A stretch of DNA of 64,000 nt, from positions 42,320 to 106,319 of the IMG/VR virus record IMGVR_UViG_3300033062_002592. The stretch is one strand, 5' to 3'. This stretch comes from a virus (Duplodnaviria; Caudoviricetes). Under the pieces are notes generated by a model. The model had not been told where the DNA came from. It ran no database searches and saw only the letters and a list, made by a program, of their open reading frames with translations. Below, one piece after another: positions 30,601-38,217 of this stretch (its first letter is position 1; every line of letters begins with the position of its first letter). The position numbers and the translations under genes were made by a program.

Positions 30601-31295
30601 TATGTTACTGCTGGAGCTCCAGTTCCATATAAAGTTGCAATGGCGCCAACCCAGTGTAAAGAATTTGCACCAGCTCCACTTACCCAAGAAAATGCTGTTC
30701 CTGTAGCACCTGTTATACATTCTACATAAGCGTTGGCTGTAGCATTATTTACTACACCATCTAATAGTGTGAACCCATGAAGTATTGTTCCTGAGCCAGT
30801 AGCAGAATAGCCACCATAACAACCAACTGAACCAACCCATAATTCGCTTCCTGAAGTAGTGGTTGCTGTTGTACCTGTGCTTCCGCTTTTTGCCATTACT
30901 GTTGCATCGGTATACGAACCAGATTGGTCTATAAGTACACTATAGCTGCCAGTTACTATTCCACTATATTCACATATATCAAATACAAATTCATTTAAAG
31001 TTTTGGTGCCGCCAAGTTTTATATTTCCAGTTGCTGATGGACTTGCACCTGTTGCAATTCCTACCCATACTTCTGTGGAGCCGTCATATGCTGCTGCCCA
31101 TATTTGTACGCCCGCTGATTGTCTAGCCCAATATACACCACTTTGATAAATAGCAGAACCAGTTCGAGTGGTTCCAGTTGAATTGCTTCTTATAGTCATT
31201 GTGCCTATAAGCACATTGCCAGTTGTGGGAGCAGCACCCATGGTAAAACTAGAAGTTGCAGTTGCTCTAGCATTTCCCTGAACGCGAATTACCAA
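24612..31295 (-). CDS. giant 2227-aa virion fibre/adhesin: two copies of a ~210-aa beta domain, propeller-like and helical domains, about 50+ 14-aa repeats
   Basis: Internal duplication RVQGNA/RIQYA...EIWAG...CEY...GFTLLDG...IAT; repeats D-x-h-h-K-h-x-P-[RK]-[FL]. Confidence 0.75.
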   Translation of the reverse strand: MVIRVQGNARATATSSFTMGAAPTTGNVLIGTMTIRSNSTGTTRTGSAIYQSGVYWARQSAGVQIWAAAYDGSTEVWVGIATGASPSATGNIKLGGTKTLNEFVFDICEYSGIVTGSYSVLIDQSGSYTDATVMAKSGSTGTTATTTSGSELWVGSVGCYGGYSATGSGTILHGFTLLDGVVNNATANAYVECITGATGTAFSWVSGAGANSLHWVGAIATLYGTGAPAVTYTTSSNDSNFKILPRLLVYSDKSVKTLPRLVNYVHQTITCNANFPKYTGSQDNTLKVSPLFKSSNDISLKILPRVILQSDKSLKTLPKLLEYTDASFKVQAGITPPTSVTIGSGSSNSATSYPSQRKSFYAQSLLWHFFSDGTNMVYSTSSAGVTWGTSSAIRACSSGRKFDIHFDGTYVHYAYAPETAGGDLMYARGTPTSTGSIDWSAEQTVYNCTNNPGIFVEYVYYPSVAVDTGSYPYISYGYQESIGATISTYLTKSSANDGTWTTAATFPFTLTSINYDASEIVPLTNGKMYVVYGKSSETIKGRLFSGSTVNNEETGSMGVLKTSGYFSATAINDDMHLVFLLNSPNNIEYDTRTYSNGYWSTGSEFVVQTVENTPTRIQYARGVSTGSTNTTVLSSNPQNGNLLIATVGIIGSGASTANVTSITQSGVTWTPQKSGSYPSEYMRSEIWAGVAGAAGTSNVVVNFSAANSGSVVNVCEYNGLLTAGFLDQTAITSGSDISTSTGVTPTIGQPSELFVGTTTIYRDNSQVTGSVAKGFTLLDGLSYNSMMSSAYLEKINLGYASGSSGTYLATGSIKYIGCIATFKASYTTAATMAPCISAVTGSGDLFVFWAGYPLANHIYYRRYNNTGSWETVVDWQDETSQVLTANDRLTVMPKFYNDIYTDLEYSTKTSSPYNVKVAILTYPLSSYLIGYLTSLSNSINWTGSTATKYIAMVLNQRTKATFTNDLAAITEWQEILRWYARAKKLGIVNQTVIQSALDNSVMVNGLPTSSYIQDTGSYFSNYDGELLYGYYWSNLYNYQTSKWNLTTAFNNYYSTFTSSQNNNNGFLYYYTPTSSYSEPSRRFYDEQGQTLRNFLLFYDFGMNSGLTYSQQIWDVLNNYYWNTSSYLSTTLHYYGYISGSIYAETEAGGFLETIAYLRTKNYSMTNYDRLAEDIESRFLRNLWQSLQWTYITTQKYSCVHEHYSNPQFRLTNTLMGWGAIMGAYDTLTATGQSNVQTLLAGTGPSGDPPAWSHLIKDSTLYNSSTNLFRAYSDTSTYDNDSTAQGCALLFIMGLVPITARLAVTVEELSYEYPYHILDPDLYNINIPNRTVQLALLKTGSINFLYGPNSGSWNFSENGVWQIGFNNLWIPTGAGRLSSLPANRTYLSEPITLSFDGSLIRIIPTFPRFADNVYVKALPRISSNKDEILKFSPRFQNYGLDEYYRLLVLYRSQLDNILKMLPRFPTNTDTFMKTLPRLSFQKDENLKILPRFMVYGDKQIKINPRFLSFQEEFLKTFPRFMQHAEELYKVLLRFQSFKEEIIKVNPAFMQKVDQVLKVLARMMQYSDTNIRLTPRFVSYAEKCLILLPRLQVQLDKIIRVKPQFKSYSDEIFKIIPKFTSHADAIIKILPRLLAHFDKNVKVTPRFLNMTDKYIKFYPKFTAFNDKNLQALPRFLVYADSLYKILLRFQSFREKIIKVNPKFMQQTDELFKFLPRMMQYSDTHLKLTPKFVSYGERLYKLIVGYNVSNFDSIIKVLPQLKFHKDELIKIMPLFLSRLDSVFKITPKFIAYNDSLYKILSRFQAHRDEIIKINPRLMEHIDKVFKVLIMQRIYLDRHLKITPKFMLYQDTLIKLIVGFNMSNFDKIIKVLPKLKLDVDNLFNVKAQFMSFKENTFKTTPKFVNYKEEFLKFMPRMLSHSDKIYKILIRLQSYKDEIIRINPRFLTQIDELLRLLPRMTSFNDKNIKLTPKLMSYGDKLFTILASVPGAVIITQYDEIFKALPRFKSAMDEFIRVKPTFLLFIDAVFKTIPRLWTQQEEVLKVLPRLERYQDEIIKTSPRYAARYDQLLRMFVGAAYYRDSIIEVLPRLLNNTDEYFDVVPRFTRYTDQVFSVLSRFIDFSEKNIKTTPAFTSIKDYLIKVYPYMQLLSFGDYVYSVNAKGQVIIRRTWLGRSSAENVWLQPGISDTKWTQKEGDSSGFLKPTSPDSPWLSKEDGQPDFNEEGEESYIDE
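24870..27115 (-). repeat. degenerate 42-bp (14-aa) tandem protein repeat, roughly 53 units
   Basis: e.g. DNILKMLPRFPTNT DTFMKTLPRLSFQK DENLKILPRFMVYG. Confidence 0.85.
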
Positions 31296-31314
31296 TATAT
31301 ATCATACCTATATT

Positions 31315-31791
31315 TTAAATTTTTATAGTCCAACTTATAGTTTTCTGCAAATCCAAAATCGTTAATTCACAATAAAAAGTTCTTCTCGAAGTATTGTAAA
31401 TTACTTGGCTTTTAAAATTTCCCTGTGTAACTTTCCAGCCAAATTCATAGGAACCAATTGAAAATCCAGCATAATCGTTTGTTTTAGCGTGCGCAGATAC
31501 AAATTCTGTAAAGGCATCCTTATAATGTATGAGACCTTCACCATATTTTAAATCAAGGCCTGAAAGGGGAAAAACATAGTATAATCCATCTATGTTGAAC
31601 ACTCCAGTATGACAATCAAAAAACAAATCGGAATCTGCGGAGACCAGATGAAACTTTCTCAGTCTAAACTTTTCTATTTCTTTGAACAGGTGCTCTTTCC
31701 CAGAGTCATCCCATTCTCTCAAAATGGTGCCGTCATTATATTCGGCAACCCAAATTACATCCTGTTGATAAAGTGGAGAATAGCTCGCCAT
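31315..31791 (-). CDS. hypothetical protein
   Basis: 158 aa, SD GGAGGTGA; WVAEYNDG start typical of phage proteins. Confidence 0.7.
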   Translation of the reverse strand: MASYSPLYQQDVIWVAEYNDGTILREWDDSGKEHLFKEIEKFRLRKFHLVSADSDLFFDCHTGVFNIDGLYYVFPLSGLDLKYGEGLIHYKDAFTEFVSAHAKTNDYAGFSIGSYEFGWKVTQGNFKSQVIYNTSRRTFYCELTILDLQKTISWTIKI

Positions 31792-31848
31792 TGTATTGGT
31801 TCACCTCCGAATAATATTGTATTATTGAAGAACCCAAAAAAGATGGGA

Positions 31849-32466
31849 TTATGTGTATTTGTAGCGTAAGCAGAATGATCCGGTTTTTGGTCCCTGAGGT
31901 GTCGTACTTAAGATGCTTAGATATGATGCAATCAGCCATGCGCTGCCGCTTCTTCCACCCGTTTGTGAACCCGAAAGTATATAGAATGCTCCCGGCGTAA
32001 AAAGTCTGCGCCCCGTAGCTGCTGAACCACTAACAATATTTATATATGGCATTGAAAGTGAACCGCTGGCTCCTCTGCTACCAGAAATACCTATGTCAGT
32101 CATAAAGTACCAACTGCTACTAGCCCAAACTGAACCCGTCAAAGATCCAGATTGTAGATCCCAATCTCTATTGGCAGTAGTTTCTGCGGCATGGTCTGCA
32201 GAACCTGATGCGTGATGTCCAAATCCTAAGCATACTCCGTCTCCCTGAGCCTGCCCACTTGATGATAATAGTGCATCTGAAACGTTAGCGCTGCCGGAAT
32301 AATTATTGACAACCCAGAAATAAATTGTGCTTCCTGAACTTCCAGTATCTATAGTTCCAAAATCAAAAACTGCACTCATTGCTCCCCATGAACTCGTAAT
32401 CCAAACTACACTAGAATCAGTTGCATTTCCAGAACTTGTATAAAATGAAATTATTGGTGCTACCAT
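31849..32466 (-). CDS. putative virion decoration protein, very [ST]GS-rich
   Basis: 205 aa with 12 SGS/TGS; SD GGAG. Confidence 0.65.
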   Translation of the reverse strand: MVAPIISFYTSSGNATDSSVVWITSSWGAMSAVFDFGTIDTGSSGSTIYFWVVNNYSGSANVSDALLSSSGQAQGDGVCLGFGHHASGSADHAAETTANRDWDLQSGSLTGSVWASSSWYFMTDIGISGSRGASGSLSMPYINIVSGSAATGRRLFTPGAFYILSGSQTGGRSGSAWLIASYLSILSTTPQGPKTGSFCLRYKYT

Positions 32467-32509
32467 TTTTTTTCCTCCATTTTTTTAATTTTTATTTTTT
32501 ATAAATTTA

Positions 32510-33058
32510 TTATTCTTCATACCAAAATGCTTCAAAGGCAACATTAGCGTATGATGCACCACTATATGCAAGTAAATATGTTTGTGTTGCATCTATCAAC
32601 ATTTCATTTTGCCTAGATTCTGAACTTCCAAATTTGAGAATTCCGAAGGCTGGGCAAGAACTGATATATATAAGAGAACCTGTTCCTGCATTAGTGGATC
32701 CAGTAACAATTCCTCTTTGAAAGAGTATAGAACCCGTTGGTGCTGTCCTATTTAAGTTCAAAGGAATTAAAATTGTTGCTGCGTGTGAACCTGTAAGTAC
32801 ACTTCCCGTTCCTTCAATTAAAAATACCGTTACTGGATTGGCAATATCACCATTGATAATTTTAAAACTTAAATGGTATTTTGTTGTTGATTTTTGTCCT
32901 CTTATAAGTGTATATACCATAATATTGGCGCCGGTATTAATTAAACTTGAAATATAATAACCATTACCTTTTCTAATTTCATCAAGAGATTTCTCTATGC
33001 CAATCTTTTCTGCCTTGCCAGTTGAATAAACATCTGAATGAACCGTTGAAGTTGACAT
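32510..33058 (-). CDS. putative virion protein
   Basis: 182 aa, C-terminal WYEE, 5 TGS; directly after the MCP. Confidence 0.6.
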   Translation of the reverse strand: MSTSTVHSDVYSTGKAEKIGIEKSLDEIRKGNGYYISSLINTGANIMVYTLIRGQKSTTKYHLSFKIINGDIANPVTVFLIEGTGSVLTGSHAATILIPLNLNRTAPTGSILFQRGIVTGSTNAGTGSLIYISSCPAFGILKFGSSESRQNEMLIDATQTYLLAYSGASYANVAFEAFWYEE

Positions 33059-33081
33059 TATTTCATCCCGTTAATTTTAAA

Positions 33082-33102
33082 TGGTGGGAATTTCACCCAC
33101 CA
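33082..33102 (-). terminator. stem-loop downstream of the MCP gene
   Basis: TGGTGGG-aatttca-CCCACCA, 7-bp perfect stem. Confidence 0.4.
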
Positions 33103-33121
33103 AAGTTCAAAATCATTGAAT

Positions 33122-34051
33122 TTAGCTTACGTTTATGCCAGCAATTGCACATATAGTATTACCTACTAGAACAACTGGAGCATAACGTGCAGTTATGTAC
33201 ACACCAACCGAGTCCCTCTCTTCAAGTGCTTTGATTCCTGTAGTTATTGGTCTACGTTCCACAAACATTCCCATTGGACTGTATTGACCCAATATGTTTG
33301 TAGTTCTTCCTCTTGAAAGCACATAAGCGCTACCTGTGGGACAGTTTATTGATGCATAAGCATCAAGACCCAATATATCTCCGAACTTACCCGGCACAGC
33401 CATCAAGCCTTCCTGCAGAATGGGTTCACCATAATGCATCAGCGATGTGAAGTGTGGAAGCTTCTCGATATGAGTCTTAGCCAATGGGTGCACCAATAGA
33501 GTATCTGGCATATAGTTGTACTGTTCTATCTGAGCCTTAGCGTTTATAATGTCGTATGTGCCTATGCCAGGTCCGCCAGAACCCGATATGACGAATTCTG
33601 TGCCGTCAAAAGCCAAGCTTTTGCCTGATGCAGTGACTGAACTTCCTGTGCCTGCGCCGATTGCAGAAATGCAATCTTTATCAATCTTGTTAGCAAATCT
33701 CAAAGCGCTACGCACAAGCTGGTCTTGCTGAATAGGTATCAATGAATCTTCAATCATTTCTTTCGTGATTATGAATCCGTGCGCAATCTTGTAAGGAACT
33801 ACGTTCACGGACGTATAAGTTGTAACATCAAGCGGAATCTCGACACCTTCAGCAACTTTCTGTACAACAGCAGCCGCACTACCCGACTGTTTCGGGAATG
33901 TAATGCTGTTAGATGCTGTTAGAGAATATTGCTGGAAAAACTGTCGTGCAACCATGTTTGGCATAGCAATTTGAACCACTTGCTGGTGTAATGCGGGATA
34001 AAGTAAACCCGCAGTAGTAACTGGTGATAGTATTTCTCTCTGTAAAGACAT
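33122..34051 (-). CDS. major capsid protein (HK97 fold)
   Basis: VAEGVEIP, K.AHGFIITKEMIEDS, KIDKD, PDTLLVHP, GDILGL; follows protease and decoration genes; strong SD. Confidence 0.9.
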   Translation of the reverse strand: MSLQREILSPVTTAGLLYPALHQQVVQIAMPNMVARQFFQQYSLTASNSITFPKQSGSAAAVVQKVAEGVEIPLDVTTYTSVNVVPYKIAHGFIITKEMIEDSLIPIQQDQLVRSALRFANKIDKDCISAIGAGTGSSVTASGKSLAFDGTEFVISGSGGPGIGTYDIINAKAQIEQYNYMPDTLLVHPLAKTHIEKLPHFTSLMHYGEPILQEGLMAVPGKFGDILGLDAYASINCPTGSAYVLSRGRTTNILGQYSPMGMFVERRPITTGIKALEERDSVGVYITARYAPVVLVGNTICAIAGINVS

Positions 34052-34132
34052 CTTTCTTTTCCTCCTGTAATTTTAATTATTTCATTATTAATACGTATTT
34101 GGGCATAAAGCCCACTTAAAAAACTGGGAAAT

Positions 34133-34579
34133 TTACTTTATTGTACTTATAAAGGCCACAACGCCCGTTCCAGAACCACTAACAACTCTACCTATTGGAT
34201 AACATGCTATACTTGATATAGCGGCGTTTGCATTTGCCCAACTATTGCTACAAACGTTTCCTGCTCCAGATAAGAACAATAAGTCTCCTGGATTGGAAGT
34301 TTGAGTTGACACAACCTTTGTTAGGTTTTTAGCCATTCCCCAAACAAGCACTGGGCATGTATCTCCATCAGATACGGTTGAAAGTGCAAGTCCTGCGACA
34401 GGAACTGCAGAACCGGACAATGTTCCAGATAATGGCTGAAATACATCTGTACTGTTATCTCCAGAAACAAATTGAACTATTTTGCCCGCGGTAATACTAC
34501 CAGATGCTCTGAATGTTACTGCAAGACATGGAGTTGTAGCTATATAATCTTTTGTTCCTTCCGTAAACATGAATGCCAT
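34133..34579 (-). CDS. capsid cement/decoration protein (DUF2190-like)
   Basis: ITAGKIV, GLAL, GD..PV.VWG, GDLL, IGRV pattern; between scaffold and MCP. Confidence 0.65.
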   Translation of the reverse strand: MAFMFTEGTKDYIATTPCLAVTFRASGSITAGKIVQFVSGDNSTDVFQPLSGTLSGSAVPVAGLALSTVSDGDTCPVLVWGMAKNLTKVVSTQTSNPGDLLFLSGAGNVCSNSWANANAAISSIACYPIGRVVSGSGTGVVAFISTIK

Positions 34580-34595
34580 TTTCCATCATTCCTCC

Positions 34596-35189
34596 TTAAT
34601 AGGATTCGAGAATGTTATGCTTCTGTGCGAAAGCTTTGACTTCTTGGAACCATTTAGGAACATCCTGTGCAGTGATTTCAACTGGAGTTTCATTGGCATC
34701 TTCGACTCTTGCTCCACCAATTTCTTTCTTGATAGGCTTTTTATCATCTTCCTCTGGTTCTTCACCATTCGGAGGCTGGTCGTGTTTCACATCTTTAGGA
34801 ATTCCGCCTTTAGCGGGAACATTAGTGAAAGTTGCTTTATCCTGCTTCACTGGAGCTGGAGCTACCTCTTTTTTAGCTTCCTCTGGTTTGCAACCCTCTT
34901 CTTTCTTTGCTTCATCCTTAACCTTTACTTTAAAGGCTTCCTCAAGTTTAATTCCTAAAGCAGCGATGGCTTGTTCAAGCTTTGTGAAAGCGGCTTCCTC
35001 TTTCTTAGCTTCATCGTCCTTTTTCTTAGCTTCGTCTTTCTTTCTCTCATCCTCATCTTTCTTTTTAGCCTCATCTTCGTATTTCTTAAGTCTCTCTTCG
35101 AGTTTTGCAATCTGTTCCCCAAGCAAAACTACTGCGTCTGTGCCTGCTGGTTTAAGTGTAGTGGCTTCGATTTCTGTTTTAGTTGACAT
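34596..35189 (-). CDS. nested in-frame scaffolding protein (internal start)
   Basis: GGAGG (35202-35198) 8 nt before in-frame ATG of MSTKTEIEA; like lambda C/Nu3 or Mu I/Z. Confidence 0.55.
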   Translation of the reverse strand: MSTKTEIEATTLKPAGTDAVVLLGEQIAKLEERLKKYEDEAKKKDEDERKKDEAKKKDDEAKKEEAAFTKLEQAIAALGIKLEEAFKVKVKDEAKKEEGCKPEEAKKEVAPAPVKQDKATFTNVPAKGGIPKDVKHDQPPNGEEPEEDDKKPIKKEIGGARVEDANETPVEITAQDVPKWFQEVKAFAQKHNILESY

Positions 35190-35804
35190 TTCTCTTTCCT
35201 CCATTTTTTTATTTTCTACTGAAAGTCTAGCCTCAGCTTCTTTCGAAGCCTCCGGCGTGACTGATTTCTCAGCTAATGCTGAGGTAATACCAGCGATAAA
35301 CGATACTGGTTGAAAATCGCTGGAACTGTAAGCGGGATCTGTTACTATAGAAGCTTCCCGCAATTTAATATTTTTAATAACATCATGTGCATTTTTACAT
35401 CTGCACATTTTAAAAGGTTTCGTTTGTTTACCACAAATTGAGCAAAATGCATCTGCTGTTGCGCCAATACTAATATGTCTCAACCTGCCCTTTAAGACAG
35501 CTCTTTGTATATATGGATCATCAACTTCAGCTTTGAATAAAACTCTTTTGTTTGGAACATCATGTACACCCTCTGTTAAACCACCAATAACATCTCTGGC
35601 TGATTTAGAGTGGTCTAATCTAAGCGTGGCTCCTTTAACTTGTTCTGCTATCTTTGATAATTCCTTTTCATCAATTGCAAAATTATTAGCACATACTGTG
35701 GTATTTACAAGTTCACCTGAAATAAGAAGGCTTTTATCTTCTCCTTCCTTTCCTGCAAACTCGACTATAGATGCGTCCCATGTTAAATTTAAATTATTAT
35801 CCAT
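34596..35804 (-). CDS. prohead protease with a C-terminal scaffold domain
   Basis: LRLDH, IGG, ISIG (catalytic Ser), CxxC..CxC insert, EASIVTDPAY; acidic/Lys-rich coiled-coil C-terminus. Confidence 0.85.
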   Translation of the reverse strand: MDNNLNLTWDASIVEFAGKEGEDKSLLISGELVNTTVCANNFAIDEKELSKIAEQVKGATLRLDHSKSARDVIGGLTEGVHDVPNKRVLFKAEVDDPYIQRAVLKGRLRHISIGATADAFCSICGKQTKPFKMCRCKNAHDVIKNIKLREASIVTDPAYSSSDFQPVSFIAGITSALAEKSVTPEASKEAEARLSVENKKMEEREMSTKTEIEATTLKPAGTDAVVLLGEQIAKLEERLKKYEDEAKKKDEDERKKDEAKKKDDEAKKEEAAFTKLEQAIAALGIKLEEAFKVKVKDEAKKEEGCKPEEAKKEVAPAPVKQDKATFTNVPAKGGIPKDVKHDQPPNGEEPEEDDKKPIKKEIGGARVEDANETPVEITAQDVPKWFQEVKAFAQKHNILESY

Positions 35805-35807
35805 ATT

Positions 35808-36062
35808 TCATCCCTTATTATGTGTTTTAAACCAAGATTTTGCTTTTTCCTTAGTCCATCCTTTAGATTTAGAAAAAAGGTAACTTTGTGTTCTCATGCC
35901 CGCTTTGCAGCGTCCTCCAACGTATTTTCCCTTAGGACATCCAACAACAGCTTTGATTCCTTTTCCTTCATCAATAGTAATCGTTCTGAAAGAATTGGGA
36001 TCAAAACTAGATTTATTTCCATGTCCTGACCTTATTGTTTCAGGATTTTCATCCCAAGGCAT
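35808..36062 (-). CDS. small basic head-morphogenesis-associated protein
   Basis: SFRTITI..GIKAVVG...QSYLF.K.KGWT.EKAK.W..H, a domain often found next to prohead proteases. Confidence 0.6.
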   Translation of the reverse strand: MPWDENPETIRSGHGNKSSFDPNSFRTITIDEGKGIKAVVGCPKGKYVGGRCKAGMRTQSYLFSKSKGWTKEKAKSWFKTHNKG

Positions 36063-36076
36063 AATTAGTCACACTT

Positions 36077-36337
36077 CTACCACGCTTGTGAAACATATGA
36101 TCCGCTAACGCTGTAAATTGAATGTTTGCTTCCACTTGTTATGCATAGATAAAGTATAGGTGCTCCAGTTGTTCCCATAGTAGTGGGTGAACCAGTCACT
36201 AATACTATGTCTCCAGGACTCATAGAACTGGATGGAATTGAACCAAATTGTTTAGTAAAGCAAAATATTTGTGCGTCAACCTCAGGATATTCATTCATTG
36301 GGTAAACCCTGTTTGGAACTGATGCCAAAATCTTCAT
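36077..36337 (-). CDS. hypothetical virion protein (start may be the TTG at 36328)
   Basis: 3 [ST]GS motifs in 86 aa; SD GGAGG. Confidence 0.6.
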   Translation of the reverse strand: MKILASVPNRVYPMNEYPEVDAQIFCFTKQFGSIPSSSMSPGDIVLVTGSPTTMGTTGAPILYLCITSGSKHSIYSVSGSYVSQAW

Positions 36338-36366
36338 CCTCCTTTATCTTATATACCATGACCTAA

Positions 36367-37104
36367 TTATTCTATCTGTCCCAACAGCTTTTCTAAGCTG
36401 GTAAAGGGACTTGATGAAACTCCTCCTGCGAGAAGTTTCAAATTATTTACTTTTCCCTTAAAAAGCATGAATTTATACGCATCGGCTTTCTCAATCAGTG
36501 AAATGTCCCCATTTTCTTCAATCCATTCACGCATCTGTGATTCTGATAAAACAAGAGTTTCTGGAGTCTTAACCAAGACGTTTATAGTGCCATCTGCGCC
36601 TGTAACAATCGATATCTTTTCCCAATCATCCTTCAGGAATGTAGCAACATCCCAATCTGAGAATTCATCGCTGATAGGATGCGCATGTATGGATCCAATG
36701 ATTTTCTCATCTTTACGATATTCCTTAGTTTTCTTAAAAGTCACGGACATGTCTTCGCCAATTTCCATCATGTCCATGCGGATGCCCTCTGGAGTCTTGA
36801 CAAGAAGTGCGCCGAACTCTTTCTTTGTTTCGTGTGTGAATCTATAAATTTTCTGTATCTGATCCTCAAGAACTTCATTTAATAACAATTTTGATGAAAG
36901 ATACCATCTTTTACCGCAATCATCGCAAGCAAAACCAAATACAACCTCTGATTTCCGAACAATTTGAGCTTGAAGTCTGCTTCTCAAGTTTCCACCGCAG
37001 CGTGGGCATTGATAATGTTTTGCATGGGGTCGAAGTCTTCCACCTGCAAGAGCGGGATACAAAAGTGCTGGAGTCGTTACTGGTGATAGAATTTCTGTAC
37101 TCAT
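36367..37104 (-). CDS. Zn-finger + JAB/MPN metalloprotease-domain protein with an MCP-like N-terminal peptide
   Basis: CPRC...CDDC; KEFG...GSIHAHP.....SDWD JAB motif; N-terminus EILSPVTTPALLYPAL. Confidence 0.75.
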   Translation of the reverse strand: MSTEILSPVTTPALLYPALAGGRLRPHAKHYQCPRCGGNLRSRLQAQIVRKSEVVFGFACDDCGKRWYLSSKLLLNEVLEDQIQKIYRFTHETKKEFGALLVKTPEGIRMDMMEIGEDMSVTFKKTKEYRKDEKIIGSIHAHPISDEFSDWDVATFLKDDWEKISIVTGADGTINVLVKTPETLVLSESQMREWIEENGDISLIEKADAYKFMLFKGKVNNLKLLAGGVSSSPFTSLEKLLGQIE

Positions 37105-37256
37105 TTTTTTTCCTTCTTTTGAATCTCTATTTTTTGAAACTCAGGATCATGATATGCTCCGCAGGCTCCACCCGAGACATGGTCTGTCCACTGGTCTAAT
37201 GCTTTCTGTAGTTCTTGCTGAACTTTCTCTCCCATTTCCTTAGGAACTTTTGACAT
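37101..37256 (-). CDS. small hypothetical protein
   Basis: MSKVPKEMG..., SD AGGAGAG; ATGA overlap with the JAB gene. Confidence 0.55.
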   Translation of the reverse strand: MSKVPKEMGEKVQQELQKALDQWTDHVSGGACGAYHDPEFQKIEIQKKEKK

Positions 37257-37268
37257 AAAATCTCTCCT

Positions 37269-37301
37269 AAATTGATAAGCAAAAAAATTGCTTATCAATT
37301 T
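37269..37301. promoter_or_regulatory. perfect 14-bp inverted repeat (operator or hairpin)
   Basis: AAATTGATAAGCAA-aaaaa-TTGCTTATCAATTT. Confidence 0.6.
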
Positions 37302-38216
37302 TTAACTTGAACCAGTTGAAGAACCTGTCACACTTTTATACCAATATAGGTAATCGCATAGACATGAGCCGCTTGCATTTTTTCCATTGAATCCAAAAGC
37401 AATACCTCTTATAGTAAAGTAAAATGGATTAGGAATAATAGTTGATCCACTAAATAGATTATTATCTAATACATAATCAAAAGAATTCCAACCCTCGGTG
37501 TGTATGTCTGTTTTAGCAATTTTAAATCTTGCATATGTACTATTACTGCCGGTATCAAAACAATATTCAAAGCCTGTACCTAAAGGACCGCTTCCAGTTG
37601 AAACAAGTATTTTAAGTTCAAGCCATTTAAATCCAGAAATTCCATTGATGCTAAAAGTTGGAGTAGGTGGATACATATAAGCATAAACTGATATATCATA
37701 TTTTGTGCCAGCTGCATAATCAAAATACCAATTTAATCTTATATCATTTGATTCTCCCTTCCCAAAAGCTGTGTAAGGCATATGATAAGGGCTAGAACAA
37801 CCCGAAAGAGGATCATAACCTTGAAACACTAAACTTTGACCTTCACCCGAAAGCGTACTTCCAGACATATAAATGCCTTTAGTAGATACAGAACCACTAG
37901 CAATCCATGAACCAGTCCAATAACAATCAGTAGCCGAACCAGATGTCCGCCTCATATTCCAAGCCCAAATGGTACCTTGATAAAAAAGTTCTGGATCTTT
38001 ATGAGGCAAATGCCAATCTGTAGCTAAAAGATATTGTGCTCCCGCCGTGCGTAAATCAAAAATATCGATTGCTCCACCATCTGCATCCAGGTCTGCATAA
38101 ACATTGTAAGTTGCATCTCCTGCCGATGAACCAAATGCATCAGCAACTATCTTTAAATCTATCATATTTACTTTTCCATTGAAATCAGCATCACCAATTA
38201 AATAATGATTTCCCAT
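37302..38216 (-). CDS. dockerin-domain virion protein
   Basis: GDADFNGKVNMIDL...AFGS..GD..YN..ADLDADG..IDIFDL duplicated Ca-binding loops; ATG at 38216; many [ST]GS. Confidence 0.75.
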   Translation of the reverse strand: MGNHYLIGDADFNGKVNMIDLKIVADAFGSSAGDATYNVYADLDADGGAIDIFDLRTAGAQYLLATDWHLPHKDPELFYQGTIWAWNMRRTSGSATDCYWTGSWIASGSVSTKGIYMSGSTLSGEGQSLVFQGYDPLSGCSSPYHMPYTAFGKGESNDIRLNWYFDYAAGTKYDISVYAYMYPPTPTFSINGISGFKWLELKILVSTGSGPLGTGFEYCFDTGSNSTYARFKIAKTDIHTEGWNSFDYVLDNNLFSGSTIIPNPFYFTIRGIAFGFNGKNASGSCLCDYLYWYKSVTGSSTGSS

Positions 38217-38217
38217 T

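Noticed and set aside
34612-35313. 233-aa plus-strand Ser/Phe-rich ORF
   Set aside because: Antisense shadow of the Lys/Glu-rich scaffold codons; no SD and no plausible fold.
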